From: Aegotheles albertisi
Taxonomy: Eukaryota
Direction of reading: 5' to 3'
DNA length: 64,000 bases
Assembly (NCBI GenBank): GCA_039906565.1
Contig: CM078459.1
Coordinates: 18,723,066-18,787,065, forward strand
Under the pieces are notes generated by a model. It was not told the origin of the DNA. It worked only from the letters and a program-made list of their open reading frames with translations, and searched no databases. Below are positions 50,227 to 62,529 of the stretch, piece after piece; within the stretch, counting starts at the first letter, position 1, and each line of letters opens with the position of its first letter. Both the position numbers and the translations under genes were made by a program.

Positions 50227-50419
50227 CTACAACTTAGTGTCCATGATAATATTACCATCCTTGTCCTTTACTCGTACTCTCCCAGAGACATACTTTGTTT
50301 CCTGCTGTCCATTCACGTACACAGTCTTGACAGTACCATCCGGATACTCCCTTCTCTTGAACTGCGATGTGTGTAGTTCTCTCTGGCCATTATTGAACTC
50401 GATAGTTTTGCTTCCATCT
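50227..50419 (-). CDS. CENPJ: CENPJ last coding exon ([63 protein letters not shown])
   Basis: Minus-strand acceptor ttaatgcag|a; stop TAG at 50229-50227; closely matches my recollection of the human CPAP C-terminus ([44 protein letters not shown]...). Confidence 0.85.
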
Positions 50420-50982
50420 CTGCATTAAATAAATGTAGAGAAGTATTTTTAAAAAACAGCTTAAGGACTATACATAAGGCTTAAGCTTAATCACAGAACA
50501 AACTAAATACACAAGCTTAAGTGAAGGAAGAACTGAAAAAAAAAATTATTAATGCAAAGCCTGTTCTGTTTAATATGATTCCAGCTGGCTGGTACTCACA
50601 AACCTGTGACATGGCTTATTTATACTTGAGAGCCTCTACCTTTCACTGCACTAAATCTATTGCCGCATCCGTCCAAGAAGAGTTTTAAATGACAGGTGTC
50701 AGTTAGACGTGGTTGCCACACCAGCTGGGTTCTCACATGTTCTCTAGAACTGTGCAAAAATCAGAACAATCTCTCAGGCTAGGATATAAGAAAATACACA
50801 CAAGCATTCAGTCTTTGTGTCTCCTCCAAGATACAAAAAAAAAAACCCAAACCAATTTCAGGCAGTAAATACACAATCACAGTACAGTATATAGATCTGT
50901 CACCATACACTGCCTCTGCCAGTGAGCCCTAACTGCTCTGTCCCCAACAGCAAGCCAGGGTACCTGAAAAGGCAAAGCTTAC

Positions 50983-51103
50983 CGCTGAACACGAACAATA
51001 GTACCATCTGGAAAAATACTCTCTTCTTGCCCATCCGTAAATAAATTTTTGATAGTTTGATCCGGGAAAGTAATTTCTTTCTTGCCATCAGGATAATGCT
51101 TCT
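50983..51103 (-). CDS. CENPJ: CENPJ G-box exon ([39 protein letters not shown])
   Basis: Minus acceptor cgtttcag|ag, donor cg|gtaagc; TCP10/G-box repeat (DG..e..FPDG); part of ORF 50979..51308(-). Confidence 0.85.
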
Positions 51104-51196
51104 CTGAAACGTATTTTGAGACAATATGCTTATTAGATAAGTACAGGTGTGTATATGGCAGCAATTCTGAGGGTTGGTTGGGTTGGATTTCTTTAC

Positions 51197-51281
51197 CTAT
51201 TTGTCCATTTGGAAACTGCAAGACCTCTAAGCCATCAGAGTATGTGGTATGTGTAGTCTTAGCATCAGCATAATAATAAAT
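51197..51281 (-). CDS. CENPJ: CENPJ G-box exon ([28 protein letters not shown]-)
   Basis: Minus acceptor ttctgcag|att, donor g|gtaaag; phase 0->1 joins next exon as ...NGQIEKHYPDG. Confidence 0.8.
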
Positions 51282-51392
51282 CTGCAGAAAACAGTTGAGA
51301 TTTAACATAACTAGTGAGAAATTTCGTGTACACTTAAGTATTTATAGAAAGCGCAGATTTAGGATACACACCACTGTTTGATCAGGCATAAC

Positions 51393-51512
51393 CTGCTTCA
51401 CGTCCCCATTGAAGAAGGTTATAGTTATAGTCTTCCCATCAGAATCCACTTTTTTGCATGTCCCATTGGGGAAATATATGAGGTGACAGCCATTTTTCAA
51501 AACCTTTTCAAC
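51393..51512 (-). CDS. CENPJ: CENPJ G-box exon ([40 protein letters not shown])
   Basis: Minus acceptor cattag|gtt, donor cag|gttatg; 120 nt; matches human [41 protein letters not shown]. Confidence 0.85.
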
Positions 51513-51623
51513 CTAATGAATAGATTACAGAGGGGTCAGTATTGAGCCATTACACTCACGTACTCATTCCTCTTTCACGACAGCTGCCTTGTGGAATTTC
51601 AGAGTGCCGAGCTCTCATGTTAC

Positions 51624-51722
51624 CTTTCCATCAGGATAAGCAGTTTCTCTCTGTACCTCTTCACTGTCTGTATGTGCAGGTCTAGGTGGTAGTGACACAT
51701 GAGCTTCTTTAGGACAGGCATC
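51624..51722 (-). CDS. CENPJ: CENPJ exon (DACPKEAHVSLPPRPAHTDSEEVQRETAYPDGK)
   Basis: Minus acceptor catttcag|gat, donor aag|gtaaca; 99 nt, phase 0-0; ends in first G-box repeat (AYPDGK). Confidence 0.75.
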
Positions 51723-52453
51723 CTGAAATGAAGAAAATAATCTGGCCACAAACTCAAACTGAACTTTGTCGTTATACATGTTTTTTCTTAGACTGAGAAG
51801 TATTTTAGGAAACGAGCATCAGGAAGAAGACAAGTATAGGAAGCCACAAACACAATCTAGTTTTTATACAACCCCTAGTATAACTCAAGTGGTAAAATAA
51901 GACAGACTCAGCAATAATTGGTTGTCTGTGGTCAGCTGTAGCCTGGACTGAAGTGGAATTCGGTGTTGTATTGTAGCACGGTGCTCAATTGCTTTAAGTT
52001 ATCCATATGAAGGTATGAGACAGTTGATGAAGTTTCATAAAACCTAAAAGCTACCTACAGCAATTAATGTAAGAAAGAATTAATGCAACTGTTCACAAGA
52101 TGCTTGCACAGTTGCCCTGTGTAGAACATATAAACACCTATCATTTCCTCCTCCTTCAAAAGGTAAAACATTCTGCAAAATTCAAGGAGGGGGGGATACG
52201 ATTATTTTATATTTTATATATATTTTCTTTCCTCACTCAAAGAATGTTGCAACCAGTAGACACAGGTGAAACACTCCGCATTGACTACTACACAGTCATT
52301 TTCTGGTAAGACAATAAAACTGCAGTTGAAGTACACAAGAAGGTGAGTCAACAGCTCACCCTCCAGATACTCATTTAAGTACAAGTAATTATCGTTTTAT
52401 TATAGGCTTCTTCCTCCCCCTTAAAAATCAAATCAAGATACAGGACTTACTAC

Positions 52454-52548
52454 CATAAAAGTCCTAGAAGAATCCTCTAGTGCCATCATTGTCTCAGAGT
52501 TGCTTCTGTCATTACCAGGCACTGATGCAGGTGTTCTAGGAAGCTTTC
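52454..52548 (-). CDS. CENPJ: CENPJ exon (-KLPRTPASVPGNDRSNSETMMALEDSSRTFM)
   Basis: Minus acceptor gagtag|ga, donor atg|gtagta; phase 1->0; Ser/Pro-rich linker. Confidence 0.6.
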
Positions 52549-53511
52549 CTACTCGGATACATGTAATAAAGTTAATTTAGGCAGTAAATTTAAAGCACAG
52601 TTGAAGTGTTACAATCATAATTACATATAATTATTTATGAGGTCAATTTGTACAGGACACAGTTAAGTGCAGTGGAAACTGAAAGCAGTATGAAAAGAAT
52701 CGGCATAAGCCAGCTCCCTCATGTCACTGCTTCATGTGGCAGCAAGAAGAATCACTGAAACAGGCATAATACTTTCACTTTTTCTGCTATTTAATTTCTG
52801 TTGATTTACAAAGGATTTCCCCCCCCACCAGGGATCTAGACAACATTAATTATGCCTTATAATGAATAAAGGAAGACTGATATACCCTTTTAACAGCAAC
52901 TGATTGGCAGACTTTTCCCGTGTCTCTCCTAGCATACCAGAAAGATTACCAAAATAAACCCAGCAAGGGCTTCAGTTGTGAAATGCACTCCTAACAGGTA
53001 ACATGAGGGTTGGTTGTGCTGTCAAAAAAGTACCCTCCAGTTACCTTCCTTATGTGATTATTCATTAGGAACGGGCATAGCTGCCAACAGCATCTGCTCT
53101 TATCTGTGAGCAAGGAATACCCGCTACAGCATTGCCCGTATGATTACAGATCCTGCTCACAGAAGGTTCTGAAGAGACAGAGCAGTTCTGAGGCTAACGG
53201 TTATCTAATCAACATCCACAGCTTGGAGAACATTAATGATGAGCACCATTTTGGATTACAGGACGCAGCTTCTGGTATGCTCCAGATCACCAGACATGGC
53301 CAGAAGCATTTTTTGCTTCGAGAATGGTCTCATTACAGCTTTCTCCAGAACCTTACCCTGGGAGATATTTATCCATATGCTCAAGTCCATTACAGCTATT
53401 CTCTATCTACTTTTGAGGTGGTGATGCACTCTTTTTATTAAAAAGTAAAAATACACATTAATTTTCTTTAAAAGAGTTAACAGAATTCTCTGATTAAACA
53501 AACATTTATAC

Positions 53512-53611
53512 CTTTTGCCTGCGAATAACTTTTGCCATGTATTTTGCTGCCCTTCTGTACTGGAAGAAGCAGAGATGCAGTTGGATTTTTTGGTCCTCTA
53601 CTTGGTAGACA
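53512..53611 (-). CDS. CENPJ: CENPJ exon (CLPSRGPKNPTASLLLPVQKGSKIHGKSYSQAK-)
   Basis: Minus acceptor cttttcttttag|tgt, donor g|gtataa; phase 0->1 is the only frame that chains coiled-coil exon 54208-54447 to exon 52454-52548. Confidence 0.55.
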
Positions 53612-54207
53612 CTAAAAGAAAAAGTTATTTGTGGTTTATGTGACATTTACTCATAACTCATACTACTCATACAGCAGCAACAAAATGCATACACCAAGTC
53701 TACTGGAAGCTTTCTGCACAAACTATACATTTTTGGGATTTAGTCAGCAAAGGGGTTTGTGTGATGTAGCCCAAGCTGTACTTTGGACACCTTCCGCTGT
53801 CTGCTGCCTGCCTACCAACAACGGTTAACTTTGGTGCAGGCAGTCCAGAATAATAGTTACAGTTTGAAAACAAAATATAACTGCTTCAGACAACAGTGAA
53901 CTGCCTGGTTTGCCTGGCTGATCCTTAAGGTCAGGCTCACCGGTTAGATCCAACCTATGATTTTCTCTGATAATTGCATCATTTTGAGTTTCTGAGATGA
54001 GCTCCTCAACAGAACGGACGCTGCACATTGTGAACATTCACATCTGGAGAGAATGTGACATAAAATTCTGTGCCTGTCACCACTGCTGGAGTCCCAAGAT
54101 GAGTAAATTAAACATGGAAGTTGTAGCTATTGGATTCCAAGTTTATGATCCAAAACTCAAAAGAGTATTCATACAGATTAATTTAAAACGCCAAGATAAT
54201 AACTTAC

Positions 54208-54447
54208 AGACTCTGCTCTTTTTAGAGTCATCCCAGAATTTTCTGTTTTCCTCTTGCTTCCAGCAGCTTCTGCTTTCTTCCAGGCTTCTAGACGAAACCT
54301 CTCCATAATTTTTACTTCCTCTTTTAGTTCCATATTCTCATTTACTAAAGCATCTATTTGATCTTTCAAGCGTCGATGGGTGGTTGACCATTTTGCCTCT
54401 TTTCGCTTTAAATCTTCCTGTAACTCTGCAATCTGCTGTTTTAAAGC
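54208..54447 (-). CDS. CENPJ: CENPJ coiled-coil exon ([80 protein letters not shown])
   Basis: Minus acceptor ttctaag|gct, donor tct|gtaagt; in frame of ORF 54178..54462(-); heptad-repeat character; 240 nt, phase 0-0. Confidence 0.8.
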
Positions 54448-55461
54448 CTTAGAAAAATGCATGTTTAAAAAAATGAAAGCGCTTTTAATTTATAATATAT
54501 TAAGAGATTTTAATATTATAATAGAAATACACGTACAAGAGTGGCAAAAAGAATAAGATCAGCCTAATGGGGCAGAGGGTGAAAGGTAGAAGATTTCTTC
54601 CCAAAAAAGATACTTATTTTAGAATACCAATTTTATAAGCTCAACTTCAACCTCAGGAAGTGTCTTTATTGCCCTGTTGGCACCCGTTACACTTCACTGA
54701 TTGGCCAGTACAAATACAATAGAGAAAGAAACATGAAATCTTTAAGGCTACCCTTGAGAGGGCTCTTCAAAAATCTTGCACAGGAAAATAGGGAGGACAA
54801 AGTCACATAAAAGCACTTGTCAATCTGCCTGCCCAGTTTAGCAAATGTTACTTCAATCTGTTGAAGTTATGTAAGGAAAATTTGTAGGGAAGGAGGAGGG
54901 AAGCCCATGTGTGTTGTTTAATACAACTTGCCTGTATATCTCATGTACCATATGTACTGACAATGAAGGAACAGACAGATCTTTTTCCCTACATCTCCGA
55001 TACCTAAAGACCTATGAGTAAGTAATAACAAAATGTGACTTTGGAAGTTGTAGAAGATTGCTACATTTACTGTACAACAGTTAGAGGCAGAATAAACTTA
55101 ACTACAGTTCTAGTTTGCATTTTGATCCAGTACCATGAATAAAAACTTGCAACTTTATATTAACTACAGTAATTCTGTATCAAAGTTGAAGATCATTCTA
55201 CCACAGTCATGAGCAGCTTTCAGTACAGAAACATGACGTAAGGATTTGCTAAGGATTTGCTCATCAGGGGTTTTTGCCTTAAAACCATCAAACAGCATTG
55301 TGAAGACTGTAGTTCCTTCCTCAATTAGGACACATCAACTAACAGCTCCCATCTTGAAATTACTTGCAATCTTTCAATTAAGTTAGAATTTAGTTCTCAA
55401 CTGCCTTTAAATGAATTTACGTGTTCTAGTGTGGACTAGAAGAACAATGTATTTTTTATAC

Positions 55462-55627
55462 CTGAATTTCATCACGTTCTTTTTTATCTGGAATTGCTCT
55501 AGCTTCTGTAGTATATTTTTCAAAAACTTTACGCTCCTTTTGCAGTTTTTTCATTTCCTTTTTTTTATATTCTTCTATTTCAGCCAGTTCTTGGGCTTTC
55601 TGTTGTTGAAAGTCTGCAATTTCTTTC
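55462..55627 (-). CDS. CENPJ: CENPJ coiled-coil exon ([55 protein letters not shown])
   Basis: Minus acceptor aattatag|g, donor cag|gtataa; phase 2->0; resembles human CPAP ([22 protein letters not shown]...[14 protein letters not shown]). Confidence 0.8.
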
Positions 55628-56469
55628 CTATAATTACGAAACCAAAGTTGTTTTAACCCAAAACTACGTCAAATCTGGATTTTAAGGGAGAAAATTAAAA
55701 CTCTGAATTTTGTGGTCATTGATTGCAATCCAGCATCTGTTACCCCCATGGAAGACTTATCTATAAATGGTGTTACTGATTTAAGGAGTAAGAATTGTCA
55801 CACAGCTTGCGTTTGAAGTCCAACAATTTCTATTTTTATATCTTCTAGTCACAAAAGTTACCCTGAATTTAGCAGAGCTTTGGCTAAAATCTCTCAATAT
55901 TCTTCAAAGCAATAGAACACCATTCCCCCAAAAGCACAGGGGAAAACAATCTGCTAACAGCAGGAGGTCAAAAATGAAACATTAGCCAAACAAAACAAAA
56001 GGGACTTTAGTAGGAATACATCTGCCATATTTAAGTGACCAGAGATAATTATTCTGCTCTATATGTCACTTATAAGTCCCCCAGTTCAAATGAATATAGT
56101 CTCTGTACACACAAACATCCAATCCAAAGGAAGTGCATCAGTCGCATCAGCATGAAGATCAGTTTTGCAAGACCAATTTAGGACTGCGTTATCACTCAGA
56201 ACAAAGGCATGAAAATTCTCCCATGTACAGCCTTTAAGGATATCATATTAAACTAGCAGAGGTTCTTAATATTGTAATTTATGTGTGAGTAATAATTACA
56301 GTTTAATATACACATAGAGAAACAGCCAGTTTCTTGACCTATGTCTCCACTGTACCTAAAACACCAGTTATTTACCCATGCTGTTGATAACTGGACATTA
56401 TGATGGTCTGGAACATACTATGTAAGTGAATGCACCAAAACGTTTCAATTAAAAATTACCTGATATTTG

Positions 56470-56602
56470 CTAAGGCATGCTCTTTTTCTTCACGGAGTTT
56501 AGTTAGAGTTGTGTTTTCAGCTCTGAATCTCTCTATTTCAGTTTCCAATTCAACGAGTCTCTCTCTCAGTATCTGGGATGGAACAGTGCTTCCTGTTAAA
56601 GA
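56470..56602 (-). CDS. CENPJ: CENPJ coiled-coil exon ([43 protein letters not shown])
   Basis: Minus acceptor tttaacag|ga, donor ag|gtaatt; phase 1->2; joins the large exon (..EQEPG|G|STVPSQ..). Confidence 0.75.
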
Positions 56603-58044
56603 ACAGCCAGGTGCAAGTTAGCTAAGTGACACCCGTAAGACTGAAGTAAACAATTATCATACAGCAATCAATCAATAAATAATCAAGTTATACTATTTTA
56701 GAGGTAACAGCATTGCAGAACATTTCTACCATTCAAATAACACAGAAGTGAAATTTTAAAGCACCCTACACTGTCTTCTCAAGTACCTCAAACATTGATT
56801 ATATCTGTCATCTTCATAGAACTAGATGTATATAAGGAATTGGAATGTGAAGGGCTTCACATCAAGCTAGAGAAATTAAATGAAGGTCTAAAGGCCAAGC
56901 ATCTAACAGGAAAGTTCACAGTTGTAAGTTTTTCCAAGTTTTCTTCACAACAAAGTCTGCTCACACCCATATGCAATGTGAAATCTACTGCAGAGGCTGG
57001 TAACAGGATTTGTGGGCTTTTTGCCATCCTAGTTTCTGTTCAGTCACCACTAACACTCCAGGGTTTTAATACTCTGCTTCTGAGTGTGCAAGAGAAGAGC
57101 CTAAATACTGATGTTGCAGTGTAGGTAGTTAACTTACTCAACATTAAGTGCTCTGAAATTCAGTAAAAAACCCTACCGCTCTTCCTGCAAACATCTAGCA
57201 GGCATCTCTAGACAACCCTACAAAATCAATTCACAAAAAAAAAAGCAAAAGTAGCAGCTTTCATACAAACTTCTCATAAAAACCTAAACAGAATCCTAAA
57301 CATTCATTGGAGCAGAGCTCAGAACCAAGATCTCACCAGTTTACAGGGAAGAGATTTAAATACTAGGCTATGCCATCATGCTTTCACTGAACAACTGCAT
57401 TTTTAATGATCTCACACAAATGCAGCAGCTTCAACAGGAGCTTTTAGAAGCAGTCCTTCCCCAGACTATAACCATATGGTCAAAATCAACTTGGGCAAAC
57501 CAAAAAAATTAATTTATGTTTCCCATATTCCACATGAATTATGTAGATACTATACTATTGTCAGAAAACACAGACAGGGCTGCCACTTCCTCATTTTTAT
57601 AAGAGTAACAAGTCAACCTAACAGTGCATAGCATTGCCCTACTGTGGTGTAAATACACACAATCCCTGGACAGGGAGGTACCACTTCATTTTTTACATGC
57701 CTTTGGCATTTTTTTTGATGTGGAAACAAGTGATCAAGCAGCTCCAGATAGAGTTAGTTCAATGAACTGGTCTGACAGAGAAGTAGCATCCAGGAAAAAG
57801 AAAATTAACAAAAATAAAATTAAGTTTTCACCAATTGTACTTATTCTGCAAACTGCATATTTGTCAGATCTGACATCAGGCATGCAACCAGGGGAGGAGA
57901 TGAAAGGCGAGAACAGGGCCATTCCCTGCAGCAGAAGTCTGTACTTACACCCTTTGGTGTAATGTCAGTTTGCAGCTTAAGCGTTAGAAGGACAGACTTT
58001 TAATATATGTCTTCAACATTCCCTACCAGTGGCTGTTCTCTCAC

Positions 58045-59668
58045 CTCCTGGCTCCTGTTCCACATTTGATTTGATTTCAGGCTCTGAATGACAGCGTGCC
58101 TTCTGTTTCGGTTTCAATGACGGAAACAGTTTCATCATCAGGTTTGATACAGGAGGTCCATTTGAATCACTGTCCACTGCAGACTCTTTGAACATTTCAT
58201 CTCCCCTCTTTGAGGCAACTTTTCTCTTTATCGCTTTATCTGGGACAGCTGTAGCATTCTTACTGGAAAAGTCTGTCAGTAAAGGTACTTTAGTATCTTT
58301 TTCAGGTAAATCACTGTTAACATAATTTTCATCGAGATCACTCCATGTTCTTTCATCATCAAACTCAAACTTACTCCTTCTTACGCAAGACCTGCTTCTC
58401 TGATGGTCTGATGCATTTCTAGTCTTTTGTTTTGACAGTGCACTGCAATCTTCGTCTGACAAGCCAAGGTCAGCATCTCCAGCTTTGCTTTCTTTACCGA
58501 TGTCTGTAACAGAACCTCCATAATCAAAAAAGTCTGGATCACTTTCTCTGTAGCTCATAAAGGATGTCCTAGGATCCTCATTTTCCTGCTTTAGAGTGGT
58601 GTCAAATTCACTCTCAGAATCTGTAGTAGTATCACCACTACCCTCACCCTTATCTTCATTTACAATCCATTGATTACTTTTTAAAGCAGGAGCTGCTGTC
58701 ACGGAAGAAGCTGAAAATACTACACTGTCCATCTTATTCAATGGATCCTTCATTCTAAAAGCTGATCCTGAATTTGAGACTGTATGTATAACTGCTCTAT
58801 CATTTATATTTCCCTGTGTTGTACAGTCTGCCTTTGTATTTCTCTTATTCGTAAGTTCAACAGCCAGTGCCTTTACTTGTTGCTGTTTTGCCTTGATAGG
58901 GGTGGAAGACATTCTACGGCCTTTTAAATTTTGCTGATCTTGATCTAAGATCCTTTGCACAAACGAGGAATTACTTGAGAAAGATATTTCATCTGCAGCT
59001 TGCTCTAGAAACAAAAATTCATCTAATTCTAGATTCTCTCTCTCTTTTTCTTTTTCCCAGTTTTCCAGCTTATTCTGGAATGAAACTTCAAAAGATAGTT
59101 CTGGGTCTCCTACAGGGTGACCTACAGGACATTTAGAATTAGAAAAGGCACTGGCCAGCTCCTGAGACAATCGGGAGTTTTCTGTGCTAGGCAATTTGTT
59201 TCCATTTTTGCCAGTGTTAGACTTGGCAAATTCTACTACGTTCTCTTTATTTTCTATTTTGTTGTTTATTTCTGATGGGAAAGAATCTCTCATCTGTTCA
59301 TTGTGATTTTTTCCTGGTTGCATTCTTGTTTCTAATGGCGAGATATTTTTTCCATTGTGATACCCAACTACCAGGGTCTTCTGAACAGGACAATGTTTTG
59401 CTTTATGAGAGTGGTTATTTTTCTTACATGGTGCAACAGGGTTCTCAGGAATCAGTTCTTTGCCAGGAGGCATAGTTTTCTTTTGTATTTGTGGTCTGTC
59501 CACTTGAATAACATTTCTGTCATCTGAAGCCCTTTGTTGAAGTTTTGGGGTGTGCTCTCCAAGTTTTGTAATTTTAGATTTGACATTAGTGAATCTTGTT
59601 AAGCCTTCTCCTCTTTTTAGGAAGGGTCGTTTGATCGCTGGTTTTTGAATGGCTGATCCATTTGTCTC
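58045..59668 (-). CDS. CENPJ: CENPJ large central exon (~541 codons: ETNGSAIQKPAIKRPFLKRGEGLTRFTNVKSK ... MMKLFPSLKPKQKARCHSEPEIKSNVEQEPG-)
   Basis: Within the 577-aa ORF 58013..59746(-); minus acceptor ccttttcag|gag at 59668, donor g|gtgaga at 58045; size and content match the big exon 7 of mammalian CENPJ. Confidence 0.85.
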
Positions 59669-59958
59669 CTGAAAAGGAAAAATAAAATCCATAATGTTAA
59701 AAAACCCCTTATACATTTTGAAGATTTCTTCAAATAAACTCCACATTTGAGTAGGAATTTATATAGTAAATTTCTACTGGATTTCTAAAGGCGTCTTAAA
59801 CAAGTGAAATATTTGGGGTTTATTGTTTTATTTTTAAGAATGTGAATGTTACATTCAGTGTTTGTTATTTTTTGATGCTAGAATCTTCCATTTTTAAAGC
59901 ACGTATTGCATCTTGGCACAATATATAAAGAACAATAGTTAAAAAATAAATAAATAAC

Positions 59959-60064
59959 CTGTAACTTCTGGGTTTGCTCCAGGCGCCGCTCTTCTAGTTG
60001 TATTTGTTCTTCCAGGAATTCTTCAAATGTCTGTTTCTTCTCCTGAATTGCAGCTTTAATAGGT
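59959..60064 (-). CDS. CENPJ: CENPJ exon ([35 protein letters not shown])
   Basis: Minus acceptor atgctag|a, donor cag|gttatt (weak); in frame of ORF 59878..60090(-); phase 2->0. Confidence 0.65.
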
Positions 60065-60739
60065 CTAGCATAATTTTTTAAAAAAATCAAGTCTTACATT
60101 TCTGTATAAAATAAATGTGTTTATTGTCACTGCTATTCAAAGACCTAAGATGCAATTACATAGAAGATGACAAATTACGAGGTACTTTGGTCATTAAGTG
60201 TCAAAGGTAATCTGAGCAATGCATTGTAACACTGGCTGTGTATCTTTTGAAAAAGGGTTTATCAAATCCCTGCTGTAGTTATTACACAAATTGAAAAGAT
60301 ACTGATAAAAGATAGACAAGTTTTGCTGTTTCTGCTTACACTGCTTTTCTCAATGACCCTTTCTTCTGCCCAGACCACCAAACCTTCACTCCTATTTCAG
60401 TCATACTGCCAATTTCTACACTATCACCTTCCCACTCAGTAATGCTACTGAGATCTTGCTCCTTATCTCTCCCGTTGATACTCCTCCTCCTCCACGGCCT
60501 TGCACTGCATCTGGCTAGGATGGTATGAGCTTTCTTCATAGCAGCCCATATGGTTCTGTGTTTTGGATTTGTGACTACAACACTGTTGGTAACACACCAA
60601 TGTTTTAGCTATTACTGAACAGTGTCTGCACAGCATCAAAGATTTCTTTACTTATTCATGCTGCTCCCCAGCAAGTAGGCTGGGGTGGGCAAGAGGCTGA
60701 GAGGGGACACAGCCAGAACAGCTGACCCAAACTGACCAA

Positions 60740-61180
60740 AGGAATACCCCATGTCATACAACATCATGTTCAGTAGTAAAAACCAGAGGCTTGATCTTCC
60801 AAAAGTAGCTGTTGCTCAGAGACCACATAGGCATCAGTCTGCTCGAGCTTTGCTCAATGGAGCTGCATCGAGCTTTGCTCGATGGAGCAAAGCTTTTTAC
60901 AGTAATGACCAATGATAGGACAAGGGGCAGTGGTTGCAAACTGGAGCATAGGAGGTTCCATGTGAATATAAGGAGAAACTTTCTCACTGTGAGAGTGACA
61001 GAGCACTGGAACAGGCTGCCCAGAGAGGTTGTGGAGTCTCCTTCACTGGAGACATTCAAAACCCGCCTGGATGCGTTCCTGTGTGATGTACTCTAGGTGA
61101 CCCTGCTCTGGCAGGGGGGTTTGACTAGATGATCCTTCGAGGTCCCTTCCAACCCCTAGAATTCTGTGATTCCGTGCTTG
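60740..61180 (+). mobile_element. CR1 3' fragment, young subfamily (~95% identical to 40375-40660)
   Basis: ..aatgataggacaaggggcagtggttgcaaactggagcataggaggttccatgtgaatat...cactggaacaggctgcccagagaggttgtggagtctccttcactggagacattcaaaacccgcctggatg...; encodes ORF 60812..61096. Confidence 0.85.
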
Positions 61181-61968
61181 AGGAAGGTGGAGAGTGACAG
61201 CCTTTGAATCACCTGGGGTTTTTTTTCCTCTCCTCTCTCCTCTACTTATTAAATGGTTTTTATTTCAACCCACAAGTTTTCTTGAATTTGTTCTTCTGAT
61301 ACCCTCTCCCATTCTACTCTGGGGGACAGAGCAAGCAAGTGACTGGGTGGGTGTTTAGTTGCTGGCTGGGCTCAATCCACCACAGCCTGGAACAAGTATT
61401 TCTTGCTTTTGTGATAACCCAGCAGACAAGGCAGGGATTTAAAACAATGCCAACCACTACTTTTAATCTATCAACTCCATAAACAAAGCTTCTACCACAC
61501 ATGAGAAGGCTTCTGCCACAAGCACTATTATTATTTCTTAGCCATATACAGATGTTTAAACAAACATATCTCCTGGTAATAAACTAAAAGTTCATAACTT
61601 GTACTCCTCAACATTAGTACTTTTGCCACATAGCAGTGGGTAGGAGGTTGTAAAATATCAAATTGGGAACAGTAATTATAACTGCTTACATACTAAGCCT
61701 ATACTAAAGCATGTTTCTAAACTATCATTACCCCCAGCTTACACACTCTCCTTCAGGTCAACACACAACATCCTATCATTCAGAGCACAACCAATTTCAA
61801 ACCAGAGCCTCTCTTACTACACGTCTCCACAGTGCCCAGCAAAATGGAATCCTTGGTTGAGAAAGCAACACAAATTGAGAATAAAAGACTCTTTTAATCA
61901 GGACTCGGAATTCAATGAAACTCGTATTATCTGTTTGACAAAAACTACATAAAAATGGTCTGAATTAC

Positions 61969-62113
61969 CTTTCCTCTGTATTAATCCACGAATGTTTTCC
62001 TCCACTGGAATTTTCAGAGACATCTGCAGTTTTCACACATAAACGATCAATGTGATGATCATTACTTTCCACTAATATTTCCATCTTTTGTTCTGGACAC
62101 CACAGGTTTTTTC
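61969..62113 (-). CDS. CENPJ: CENPJ exon (-KNLWCPEQKMEILVESNDHHIDRLCVKTADVSENSSGGKHSWINTEE-)
   Basis: Minus acceptor tttcatag|ga, donor ag|gtaatt; in frame of ORF 61965..62153(-); phase 1->2. Confidence 0.65.
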
Positions 62114-62529
62114 CTATGAAATTAACAGAAACTTTTTTCCACCCCAACCACAAATAAGTTTTCAGCTCATACCTTAAGCAGCATTCAGGTCAGATTAAAA
62201 CCAGAAGGTATCTTCATGGTAATGTAGTCTGAATTCCCACATAAAATAGTCCTAAGATTACCCCACGTTAATTCTTATTTGAATTTGAGCTTTCTTTTTA
62301 AAGGAACATCCAATTACGTATTAAAAATTTTCCACAGACCTTAAATAACCCATTCTGACTGTTCATCTTCTTTGCTAACTTATGGCTTAAAACTAAAATA
62401 TAAAGTAAAACTCAAGTAAAGCAACACTTGTATAAAATCTTCACAATATGTATTAGAAAATTACACTCAACAACTACACAGGGAAATAACCCCGCCTCAT
62501 ATCAAGTTATCTTTCTATGAATGACTAAC

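Noticed and set aside
53825-54037. 70-aa minus-strand ORF (..SVEELISETQNDAIIRENHRLDLTGEPDLKDQPGKPG..) inside a CENPJ intron with splice-like edges (ctccag|atg..., acc g|gtgagc)
   Set aside because: Cannot be entered in phase from coiled-coil exon 54208-54447 (phase 0 would hit ATG TGA), and the exon chain 54208 -> 53611 -> 52548 is phase-consistent without it. Possibly an alternative or cassette exon, but unsupported.
55411-55656. 81-aa + strand ORF ([32 protein letters not shown]...)
   Set aside because: It is the antisense reading of the Lys/Glu-rich CENPJ coiled-coil exon 55462-55627 (poly-T/Phe artefact).
57624-57962. 112-aa + ORF and overlapping 62-aa - ORF in CENPJ intron between the large exon and exon 56470-56602
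   Set aside because: No splice-compatible placement (large exon donor at 58045 joins 56602 directly in phase); low-complexity content; no motif.
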